DNA from: Deltaproteobacteria bacterium
Lineage (GTDB): Bacteria > Desulfobacterota > JADFVX01
Reading direction: 5' to 3'
Assembly (NCBI GenBank): GCA_029860075.1
Contig: JAOUBX010000011.1
Coordinates: forward strand, 11,031-75,030
Length of the DNA: 64,000 nucleotides
The notes beneath the pieces are model-generated. The model ran no database searches. It saw nothing but the letters and a program-made list of their open reading frames with translations, and was not told the DNA's origin. Of the stretch, positions 32,049-40,503 are shown piece by piece (position 1 is the first letter of the stretch; every line of letters begins with the position of its first letter). The position numbers and the translations under genes were made by a program.

Positions 32049-32465
32049 TTATCGATGTTTAGGTTCTACAGGGAAGCCTGCCTGAACCCAGGCATCGAAT
32101 CCTCCCTTAAGGACCTTAACATCCTTGAATCCCTTTTCTTTTAGTATCACCGCCGCACGGGCGCTGGTATACTCATTAGCTCAGGTGCAATAAGCAACTA
32201 TCTCACTTTCTTTTGAAAGCTCGCCCCATCTCGACTCTAAAGCACCTATCGGTATCCTTAGGGCTCCTTTGATCTTGTCATTTGACGCCATCCACGAGCC
32301 CGTCGTTCTTACATCGAGGATGACAGTGGAACCACCTTTGTCTATCCTGGCCTTAAGTGCTTCAACGGTCACCCTGGGAACATTATCTTCCGCCTGGATC
32401 ATGGCAGGCATAAAGAGAAATATCGATACTACCAGTGTCATGCACCGTCTTTTCAACATTATCAT
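32049..32465 (-). CDS. Exported selenocysteine-containing rhodanese (in-frame UGA at 32183-32181)
   Basis: Domain continues past TGA: VAYCT-U-ANEYTSARAAVILKEKGFKDVKVLKGGFDAWVQAGFPVEPKHR*; SECIS-like hairpin right after the UGA. Confidence 0.85.
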
Positions 32466-32493
32466 AGACCTCCTCTCTGTAATGATTTGAAAA

Positions 32494-33198
32494 TTAATGG
32501 CCGCTTTTTACCAGTACATACAGGAGAGAATCATCACTCCAGAATGTAACGTCATCACCATAAACGGGCATTTTATATGCCGTGTTTTTCTTCATGTCAA
32601 AAGTAATACTATGGGGATCGAGGATAAAAAGTGATGCCCTCTTTCCCTCCTCTTCATAAAAGAGATATGCAACGTCCTCGCGCCCCAGGCTGCACTTCCT
32701 TCCGCCAAGCAGTTGCAGCCCTTCATCAAAGAGCCCGGGTACTGAAACTTCAAAAGCTAGCTTTCCTACAAACCAGCCGGGGATATCACTTACCTGTCCT
32801 GCCTCAAAAGTCATAGCGTAGTTCTTATAGTGGTTTTCCATGGCAAAATGGACCAGCTTTTCGGGACTCCCAATATCACCGATAAAAGGATTTAGCATCA
32901 CCAGAAGTAGCACAGCCATAGCCAGGGCAGGCATAGCAATTTTCCATGGAAAGAATGGTTTTTCATCTTTCTCTTTTGCTTCCAGGGCACTAATATCCTG
33001 ATCAATACGATTTAATAATCCTTCCGGAAGGGGCGATTTTTTAAGACCATCCGCTATGATCTCCTCAAGCTTCCTGTCCGCATTCATCATGGCTGAGCAG
33101 TATTCACACTGCGAGAGATGGTCTTCCACTTCCTGAGGCGGCCCTTCCACTGCTCCTTTGCCGGATAAATATTTTTTAAAATCATCACATTTCATCAT
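32494..33198 (-). CDS. Membrane-anchored anti-sigma factor
   Basis: HLSQCEYC zinc motif, TM segment, periplasmic LLGGRKC domain; overlaps the sigma stop. Confidence 0.85.
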   Translation of the reverse strand: MMKCDDFKKYLSGKGAVEGPPQEVEDHLSQCEYCSAMMNADRKLEEIIADGLKKSPLPEGLLNRIDQDISALEAKEKDEKPFFPWKIAMPALAMAVLLLVMLNPFIGDIGSPEKLVHFAMENHYKNYAMTFEAGQVSDIPGWFVGKLAFEVSVPGLFDEGLQLLGGRKCSLGREDVAYLFYEEEGKRASLFILDPHSITFDMKKNTAYKMPVYGDDVTFWSDDSLLYVLVKSGH

Positions 33199-33803
33199 TG
33201 TCTTAACCTCCTGTCAGGACGGTTAAAATCAACTTTCAGTATGTTGTTACCATAATCAAAACCGGATGATGCACTTAGCAGTTCCTTTTTGAGATGGTTC
33301 TTCCCCCTTGATATACGCGACATGACCGTACCTATCGGTATTTCCAGTGCATTGGAAATCTCCTGGTAAGCCATCCCTTCCACATAGAAGAGAAGAAGCG
33401 GTGTTCTATACTTTTCCGGTATTTTGGAAACACGCTCGCTCATCCTGTATCTCTCATTTTTTTCTGAGATCAACGCCTCCGGATTACGGGATTCATCGCC
33501 TGTCCTTGCCAGCATTTCCACATATTTTTCCTCATGCTCGGTAATAAACTCCCCTTTCCTGGTATTCCTTGCACTTTCCCTGAAAAAGAGGTTTCTCATA
33601 ATGGAAAGGAGCCAGTACTTGCACTTTTTTTCATCTTTTAGCTGATCAAAATTCTTAAATGCTCTGTAAAAGGTTTCCTGTGTAATATCCTCGGCATCGC
33701 TGCCGTTTCCCGTATAATAGAGCGCCATATTATAAATGAACTCTGCATGAGGATAGGCCACCTCCTGAAAACGCCTCTTTTTTCTATTCTTTGATGAAAA
33801 CAA
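33195..33803 (-). CDS. ECF RNA polymerase sigma factor
   Basis: DAEDITQETF, WLLSIMRN, YQEI...IPIGTVMSRISRG. Confidence 0.93.
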   Translation of the reverse strand: MFSSKNRKKRRFQEVAYPHAEFIYNMALYYTGNGSDAEDITQETFYRAFKNFDQLKDEKKCKYWLLSIMRNLFFRESARNTRKGEFITEHEEKYVEMLARTGDESRNPEALISEKNERYRMSERVSKIPEKYRTPLLLFYVEGMAYQEISNALEIPIGTVMSRISRGKNHLKKELLSASSGFDYGNNILKVDFNRPDRRLRQ

Positions 33804-33806
33804 ATC

Positions 33807-34328
33807 CTACTCCATGAGGCTCTGGAAGTGAGCACCCAAATCTTTGGGGAGAGCGGCATCCCTGTAACGTACTTTTCCACTCCGATCAACGATAATGATG
33901 GTCGGTGTCCCCATAACGTTGAAAGACTTTGTAATTTTGCTCCCCTCATCAAAAGCAAGAGGATAATCCATACCGTATTTTTTACTGTATCGCTTCATCT
34001 TTTTTTCGGAATCATTGATACCCACGTTGATGGCCAGAAATTCCATTCCTTTTGGATTAAAGGTGGAATAGAACTCTTTAAGTTTAGGTATCTCCTCCTT
34101 ACATACGGGACACCATGTGGCCCAAAATATCAGGAAAAGGGGTGCTTTTCCTTTTTTATCATCCACCTTAAAGAGATTCCCCTTCATCGTTTTTATTTCA
34201 AATGACGGGGCCATATCTTCTACTGTGACAGCAAAAACCCTGACGGAAAAAAGAAAGAGAAAGACGATAGTAATTAAAGCTATCAGTTCAAAGCGGATAT
34301 TTAAGTTCAATTTAAATTCATTCTTCAT
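33807..34328 (-). CDS. TlpA/ResA-like thioredoxin
   Basis: N-terminal anchor, FWATWCPVC, GTPT. Confidence 0.92.
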   Translation of the reverse strand: MKNEFKLNLNIRFELIALITIVFLFLFSVRVFAVTVEDMAPSFEIKTMKGNLFKVDDKKGKAPLFLIFWATWCPVCKEEIPKLKEFYSTFNPKGMEFLAINVGINDSEKKMKRYSKKYGMDYPLAFDEGSKITKSFNVMGTPTIIIVDRSGKVRYRDAALPKDLGAHFQSLME

Positions 34329-35026
34329 AGCAGCAACTCTCCCATTTTAATAAGGAAGTACTCTCCCAGGCCGATCATAAGAAAACCTATCCCCTTTTTG
34401 ACTTTTACCATCCACTCTCCCGACCTTGGAAGCGCAGCAACAAGACCTGAAAAGGTCCCTACCAGGACCAGCAGCACGCCCATGCCTAATGAAAAAACAA
34501 AGAGCAGGCTCCATCCAAGGAGGATATTACCTGTGGAGGCAACGTAGGCCAGCATAACCCCGAGTACGGGGGCCGTACAGGGCGCTGCCACGAAACCTGA
34601 AGCCATCCCTATAATTATAGCACCTCCAATTCCTCCACGTTCCGATGAAGCGGACTTGGGAACAAATGAAGGTATGGTAAAAACGTCAAGCATGCTCAAT
34701 CCCAGCAGTATTATAATATTGGCCACAATGAGGTAAGCATAGGGATTGGTACTTACCTGCCCGAAAAAACGCCCCGTTGCAGCAGCAAAGACACCGAGAA
34801 AGGAGTATGTGAGCGCCACACCGAGCACATAAGAGAGGGAAAGAATAAAGCCCCTCACCTTTGAACCTCCCAGGTTCCTTGAGCCTACATATCCTGCCGT
34901 AATAGGAATCATGGGATATACACAAGGTGTAAAGCTTGTCAAAAGGCCACCTAAAAAAGCTGCGATAAAAGACATAAGTATGGAGGCCTGCAGATAGGCC
35001 TCCATACCGTTTATAAGTTCAGTCAC
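34325..35026 (-). CDS. CcdA/DsbD-type transmembrane thiol-disulfide protein
   Basis: SFTPCVYPMIP and AAPCTAPVL. Confidence 0.92.
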   Translation of the reverse strand: MTELINGMEAYLQASILMSFIAAFLGGLLTSFTPCVYPMIPITAGYVGSRNLGGSKVRGFILSLSYVLGVALTYSFLGVFAAATGRFFGQVSTNPYAYLIVANIIILLGLSMLDVFTIPSFVPKSASSERGGIGGAIIIGMASGFVAAPCTAPVLGVMLAYVASTGNILLGWSLLFVFSLGMGVLLVLVGTFSGLVAALPRSGEWMVKVKKGIGFLMIGLGEYFLIKMGELLL

Positions 35027-35035
35027 AATTCTATA

Positions 35036-35509
35036 TCAATGATCGTGTGCCATAGAAGGTGCTTCACCAAGCTTCCTGCTCGCAAGTCTCTTGGCCATAA
35101 GCATGTCTTCCTCGTAGGCCGCTTTCTGAATCTGGGCCCATGTAATACCCTCGACCTTGATATCATCAATTTCGATCATATTTGCCACGGGATAAATGTA
35201 GCCGGTGATGGTAGCTTCCTTCCCCTTTTTCCCGATCAGTTTATGGGTCCTGATCACTTCGTGTCCTTTTGCATTTTCGACAATATTCCAGATGGTTCCG
35301 TCAGCTGTTTTAAAGCCGATACCGTGCTGTGAATAGAGGCTGCATTGCGCATTTGCGCCGTCAAGCTTTTTCAGGCTGCAGCCTACGCAAAGTAAAGTAC
35401 CTTTAAGCGTAATTTTGTCTAAACCTTTCTTTTTGTCCCAACCACCAGCAACGGCCAGCGTAGCCGTCAACAATAATACTGTTACCGCAATAGCTCCTTT
35501 TCTAAACAT
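35036..35509 (-). CDS. Exported Cys/His-containing hypothetical protein
   Basis: Signal peptide, GTLLCVGC...AQCSLYSQH; strong SD. Confidence 0.8.
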   Translation of the reverse strand: MFRKGAIAVTVLLLTATLAVAGGWDKKKGLDKITLKGTLLCVGCSLKKLDGANAQCSLYSQHGIGFKTADGTIWNIVENAKGHEVIRTHKLIGKKGKEATITGYIYPVANMIEIDDIKVEGITWAQIQKAAYEEDMLMAKRLASRKLGEAPSMAHDH

Positions 35510-35660
35510 CAATTGACTCCTTTATTTTTTTATTATTATTTTCGTCTTCCAAAAAAGTTACTTATTTACCCCACTCCCCCCTTTCTCTAATAAGATATAT
35601 ATAGAATAAGAGACAAGAGAAAGTCCTTTTATTCCCAAAACAAATAAAAAAATAATTATT

Positions 35661-35839
35661 TAGTTTCCATCCAGAAACTATAATAAATGAAACTTTGTTT
35701 TCAATTCGGAAAGGAGGGATTTTTTTGCAAGGTCAAGGAAATCAAGGGTTTCGCCGAGTTGTACTACTGTACATCGCACAAGCAAAACCGAAGATTGACG
35801 CAGAGATTGCGAAAAAGCACCCTTGACCGATGAAAACTA
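35661..35839. mobile_element. MITE-like dispersed repeat, fullest copy
   Basis: Ends TAGTTTCCATC / GATGAAAACTA form an inverted repeat; body matches 28378-28524; left end matches 60551-60604. Confidence 0.75.
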
Positions 35840-35903
35840 TTTATGATTTTCCGGCCAGATAGAGCCAATAGAAACAAGAACAGAGCAATTTTTCAGCATA
35901 TTT

Positions 35904-36380
35904 TTAAGCCGCCTTTGCATTCAGGGCCTCACCTTTTCCACTCAATAACAAGGCCCCACGATCCTCTTCCCCTGTAATATATTTTTGAGCCAGATCACCT
36001 ATAGTGTAGCTCTCCAGCTTGGAGATTAACGTTCGTTGTGTTTCTTCCAGAGACAGATGGACAGCACAATAGCCCCCCTTATGACAGGTATCGCCTCTTT
36101 CTGTACAACGTGTCATAATAATGGGACCATTCACCGCCTCAATAACATCCTTCAAGGTAATAAGCCGGGCATCTTTTGAAAGAGAAACCCCTCCGTCCCT
36201 TCCCCTGTACCCCTTTACAATTCCGGCATTAACCAGAGGAGGTATAACCTTTGCCAGGAAATAACGGGGAATTTCCTCCTCCTGCGCAATCTCCTTTATG
36301 GTAACAAGCTCCTTGTTATTCTTCATTGCCAGGTTAACAACAGACCGGATGGCGTAATCTGCAACTTTATTAAGCTTCAT
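35904..36380 (-). CDS. Rrf2 family transcriptional regulator with Fe-S ligands
   Basis: DYAIR, RGRDGG, C-x6-C-x5-C-x2-H. Confidence 0.92.
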   Translation of the reverse strand: MKLNKVADYAIRSVVNLAMKNNKELVTIKEIAQEEEIPRYFLAKVIPPLVNAGIVKGYRGRDGGVSLSKDARLITLKDVIEAVNGPIIMTRCTERGDTCHKGGYCAVHLSLEETQRTLISKLESYTIGDLAQKYITGEEDRGALLLSGKGEALNAKAA

Positions 36381-36405
36381 CTCATCACACCTCATTTTGT
36401 AGTGA

Positions 36406-36669
36406 TCATTGATTGCCTGTATGGTTCATGGTTTCCTTACAGATACGCCTTCCTAAAACCTGGCCCGCCAGGGCTACTACAATAAAATAAGGAACACTCC
36501 AATATCCCAGTCCGACAACACGCCTCAATATGATAGTAATAACAATGGGAATATAGAGGCACCTTGCCCAGGGTTTTGAGTATCTCTCGTACCTTCCACC
36601 AATGAGGCCGAAGGAAATATGTATAAAAAATGTATATAAAATGATTGAAAGGAAACTATCATCAATCAT
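36406..36669 (-). CDS. Small membrane protein
   Basis: 87 aa, three hydrophobic segments, tightly spaced within the operon. Confidence 0.7.
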   Translation of the reverse strand: MIDDSFLSIILYTFFIHISFGLIGGRYERYSKPWARCLYIPIVITIILRRVVGLGYWSVPYFIVVALAGQVLGRRICKETMNHTGNQ

Positions 36670-36672
36670 CCA

Positions 36673-38298
36673 TTACTCCTCTTCCCTTCTGACTCTTCTT
36701 ACTAGCCAGAACTCACCGAGGCCCGTCAAAACGACACCGAGCAGTGCATAGATATAAACGTTCATCGGCGTGGGGGCCTCCATAAAGAGATAGTGCCAGG
36801 AGGAGAGACTCATAATAAGTCCATGCTCACCATTTGATCCATCCCATGCATTTAAAGCGAGAGGGATAAATTTGCCCTCTTCGAACTGGACGTCATTCTT
36901 GTCCTCTGTTTTAAGGGGGCGCTTCATAACCACTTTGTATGTAGCTCCCTTCCAAATCGCCTTTGACGTCACCTGCTGCTGGTCGGCCGGCTGTGACTTT
37001 ATGGGCTGTTTGTAACCCCTTGCAATAGAATCCTCTACAGCCGGTTCGCCGGCTGCATCCTTGTCGGCCTTCCATAGCCAGAGGTTCACCGGGTTTCCTG
37101 CATCACCTCTGAAGAAGTGAGGCTTCTTCGTCCCTTCAGCCATTTTGACGGGGAACTGTAAGGCGATGGAATCTCTGAAGTTATCAAAGTGTCGCGGGAT
37201 CATATCATTTGCCGCTACATATGAATTATATGCCCCTATTTTACTTATTTCCCTGGCATTAAACTCCTGCGATTCATCGTGTGTAAGATCCTGGAAAGGA
37301 TCATCCCACTCGACAAGGATGGCTATCTCTTTATCGTTATAGAGAGCCCTTACACTGGCAAGTTCGATACTTGGATTCTGCCATCTTGGCGCAGCAATAA
37401 CCTGTCCTGCCAGCCTTACATCCATAGGCTCGGCATTTTGCCACTGCGGTGCCTCGGGATCCTGAGGAAGTTCTCCATCGATCTTCTTTGCCTTCATTAC
37501 CGAGTGCTCTGTAGGGGTATACTGGAGCGACTTGATGTAGTTAGCCAGGTACCACCTTTCCTCATCATTAAAAGATTTTGCAAAGGAAGGCATGGGAGTA
37601 CCCATAATACCCGTTGAAAAGCGCATATAAATATCTTCAACTTCTGACCCTGCTTTAATTTTCCATGGCTGGGTAATATTCCTGATACGAATGGGAAAGC
37701 CCCAGTCATCTTCTTTTATATCCTTCTGACCATCACCCTTACCGCCTTTCCCATGACATTCAAAGCATTTTGCCCTCATAAAGAGTTCCTTGCCTTTTGC
37801 AATGGTATCTGCATTGTAGGGTGCTTTATTCGCGGGAAGACTTATTACTTTTTTACTTGGATCAAGCTCGGGATCTTCAAATTCCATGGCAAAGGTTTTG
37901 ATGTAATAGATAACCTGCCACCGTTCCTCTTCTGTAAGACCGTTCTTAATAATGTCATTATCAAAGGCCTGCATGGGAGTTCCCTGCAGACCACGGCTGA
38001 CAGTCCTGAAAAGATCTTCATCGGTAGGCAACTCACCACTTCCCGTCGTCCTGAACTTGAATACACCAAGGGTAAAATCTCTCGGTCTGGGATCCATATA
38101 ATCGGCAGCCGGGCCATTACCGTCCCCTAAAAGCCCGTGGCAGAAGCTGCACCTTTTGTAGTATATCTCTCTCCCTTTTTCAACGTTCTCAGGCGTCACA
38201 GGCGGCTTCGCCTTAGTCGGTTTTATGCCGGCCAGGGCACTAGTCCCAAACATAGTCATCAATATCGTTATTGCCAGAATGATTGCTCTTCTCTGCAT
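36673..38298 (-). CDS. Diheme cytochrome c fused to EbdC/NxrC-like heme-b domain, C-terminal TM (module 1)
   Basis: CSFCH, CFECH, DSIALQFP, VNLWLWK, ALNAWDGSNGEHG; paralog of 16947-18479. Confidence 0.85.
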   Translation of the reverse strand: MQRRAIILAITILMTMFGTSALAGIKPTKAKPPVTPENVEKGREIYYKRCSFCHGLLGDGNGPAADYMDPRPRDFTLGVFKFRTTGSGELPTDEDLFRTVSRGLQGTPMQAFDNDIIKNGLTEEERWQVIYYIKTFAMEFEDPELDPSKKVISLPANKAPYNADTIAKGKELFMRAKCFECHGKGGKGDGQKDIKEDDWGFPIRIRNITQPWKIKAGSEVEDIYMRFSTGIMGTPMPSFAKSFNDEERWYLANYIKSLQYTPTEHSVMKAKKIDGELPQDPEAPQWQNAEPMDVRLAGQVIAAPRWQNPSIELASVRALYNDKEIAILVEWDDPFQDLTHDESQEFNAREISKIGAYNSYVAANDMIPRHFDNFRDSIALQFPVKMAEGTKKPHFFRGDAGNPVNLWLWKADKDAAGEPAVEDSIARGYKQPIKSQPADQQQVTSKAIWKGATYKVVMKRPLKTEDKNDVQFEEGKFIPLALNAWDGSNGEHGLIMSLSSWHYLFMEAPTPMNVYIYALLGVVLTGLGEFWLVRRVRREEE

Positions 38299-38315
38299 GT
38301 CAACCCTCTCTTAAA

Positions 38316-38379
38316 ATTTTCAATTGTTTATTGACGATTGTTGAATGATTTTTCAACCATCAATCGTCAATCTTCAATC
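38316..38379. repeat. Degenerate heptamer repeats in inverted arrangement
   Basis: ATTGACG-ATTGTTG units opposite CAATCGT-CAATCTT-CAATC units. Confidence 0.5.
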
Positions 38380-39369
38380 CTAGTGTTCCTCGCCCTCACC
38401 GTGAGATTCGGGGATGCGGGCTGTCTTCTCAGCCAGATCATACTCACCCATAATGATCTTCCATCTCTCATCGTCAGTGAGGTTGACTTTCCACTCAGGC
38501 ATTGCTGAGTCCCAGGGAGTCGCCTCTGTGGGCAGACCCGGGCCGCCGTTTGCAACCCTCCAGAAGGTATATCCCTCGACAATAACCTCAATTGTACCGT
38601 TATCAGTAAAGTTGATAGGCCTCAGCTTGAAGCCGTCAGCCATAGGCCCGTCACCGGCAACAGAGTCACCATGACAGGGTCGACAGTTCATTGCATAAAG
38701 AGCGCGTCCCTCAAAGAGATTCTTTTCATGCAATGCACCTCTGGCTGTCTCCCTGTCCACCTTACCTGATTCCACTTCCTTTATAAATTTCTTCCATGGC
38801 CCAGTAGGGATGAAAGACAAAGGATGGCCATCGGGATCAGGCCTCATTTCAAGCCAACTTTCAATATCGGCACTTACCTGGGGAATAAAATCTACCTCAC
38901 CGGCCTTTGCCTGTTCTACAAAGGCATCAATTTCCGCATCTGTCGGATTCTCCATGGGATTTTTCATGGACTCAAACTTTTTAGGAAAGTTCGATGAGGG
39001 GTGCTGTATCCTGAGGGCCACAGGAGGGTTCACTTTTGGAACCGTAAAATCGTAAACCTGCCATCCCACAACAAGAGGAACGACGGCTAAGACCACACTG
39101 CGCTGTAAACTGCCAAATTCACCTTTTAGCAGCCTAAGGATTGGCCTCAGGAACTCATTCATTCCCTCATCGGAAAATGTGACGTAGAGAAAAAGAGCAA
39201 CAAGCGTGAGTACCATATAGAAGAGCACCAACGTTCCCGGCACAGGAAGGGGGAAAGGCATCCCCGTTGCCTGCCTTGAGATGAAGGGGATGAGCCACTT
39301 TATAAGACCGTATATGACTAGCAGGGTCAAAACGATTGTCCAGAAGAAATTTAACTTTGATTTACCCAT
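38380..39369 (-). CDS. Membrane-anchored monoheme cytochrome c (module 1)
   Basis: Three TM segments, CRPCH, FWRVANGGPGLP...SAMP; paralog of 18686-19456. Confidence 0.88.
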   Translation of the reverse strand: MGKSKLNFFWTIVLTLLVIYGLIKWLIPFISRQATGMPFPLPVPGTLVLFYMVLTLVALFLYVTFSDEGMNEFLRPILRLLKGEFGSLQRSVVLAVVPLVVGWQVYDFTVPKVNPPVALRIQHPSSNFPKKFESMKNPMENPTDAEIDAFVEQAKAGEVDFIPQVSADIESWLEMRPDPDGHPLSFIPTGPWKKFIKEVESGKVDRETARGALHEKNLFEGRALYAMNCRPCHGDSVAGDGPMADGFKLRPINFTDNGTIEVIVEGYTFWRVANGGPGLPTEATPWDSAMPEWKVNLTDDERWKIIMGEYDLAEKTARIPESHGEGEEH

Positions 39370-39396
39370 TTATATCTCCCTTATCGTATCAATTCT

Positions 39397-40371
39397 TTAT
39401 TTTTGAGCTTTTTGCATAATCAGGTAGGAAAGCACATCCTGATAATCCTTTACCGTAAGAGATTCGGAAAGGTCATCAGGCATTACGCTTGTACTCTCAT
39501 CTATCTTTGATTCTTTAATATCACTCTTGCTGATAGTGACAACGTCTCCATCTGCCTTGGTGATGTCGATTTCCGTCGCTTCATCACGGGTTTTAATCCC
39601 TTTGAACTGTCGCCCTTCTTTATTAACAACGACGTGGGTCTCAAAACCTTCAACAATAACAGTACCGGGCTGAACGATAGATTCGGAAATATACTTAAGA
39701 CCCTTCTTGCCTATTGCGGAAAGTTGGGGGCCTATTTCTCCTCCCTCGTCACCTATCATATGACACTCACTGCAGTTGTCCTCAAAAACAATCTTCCCGT
39801 TACCGGGGTCACCGCCTCCGGCTGCTGAAGCTGCTGCGATTTTGTCGTAATATTTTTTTGTTACCTCACTTGGATTATTGAGAGCATCCATGTCGAGATC
39901 TCCACCCTGACTCTGAAGATAAACAACAACGGCCTTGATCTCGTCGAGGCTTAGCGATATTGGCGGAGCAAAGACGATTGCCATCTCATTTTTATAGCCA
40001 TCTACCACGAAAGCTCCCGGATCGGCCAGACTCTCTACAAGATAATCGGTAGGTGAATAATTTTTTCCCGTCTGCTCACTGCGCTCTTTGGCCCTCTCAA
40101 CCGCTCTCGCACCGATGGGCAATGCAAACTTTTCTCCGAACTGACCCAAATTGGGACACCTGACGGCGCTTCCCCTGTCCCCAAGGCTGTGGCAGGTAAA
40201 GCAACGACCTTTACCCCAGAAGATGGCTTCACCCCCTTCGGGAGTGACCTCTACTGCACCGCCTCCACCCTTTTTTTCACCACCCGTAAGGTCGGTTATG
40301 GCCTTTCCTACATAAAGAAAGGTGGCCAGAACCAACAGCAGAAATATAAAAACATTAAGAACAGCTTTCAT
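39397..40371 (-). CDS. Membrane-anchored diheme cytochrome c (module 1)
   Basis: GKGRCFTCH, CSECH; paralog of 19471-20280. Confidence 0.88.
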   Translation of the reverse strand: MKAVLNVFIFLLLVLATFLYVGKAITDLTGGEKKGGGGAVEVTPEGGEAIFWGKGRCFTCHSLGDRGSAVRCPNLGQFGEKFALPIGARAVERAKERSEQTGKNYSPTDYLVESLADPGAFVVDGYKNEMAIVFAPPISLSLDEIKAVVVYLQSQGGDLDMDALNNPSEVTKKYYDKIAAASAAGGGDPGNGKIVFEDNCSECHMIGDEGGEIGPQLSAIGKKGLKYISESIVQPGTVIVEGFETHVVVNKEGRQFKGIKTRDEATEIDITKADGDVVTISKSDIKESKIDESTSVMPDDLSESLTVKDYQDVLSYLIMQKAQK

Positions 40372-40409
40372 TGATAACCTCCAAAGAATAGTTCTGAAAA
40401 TGACTTGTA

Positions 40410-40488
40410 ATCTCCCCTAACCCCTCTTTTTCTAAGAGGGGAACATTGCTCTTTCCCCCTTAGAAAAAGGGGGATTAAGGGGATTTTC
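40410..40488. repeat. CCCC-TTT-AA-GGGG type REP doublet
   Basis: Same family as 18535-18630. Confidence 0.65.
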
Positions 40489-40503
40489 AAATAACTTTAT
40501 TAA

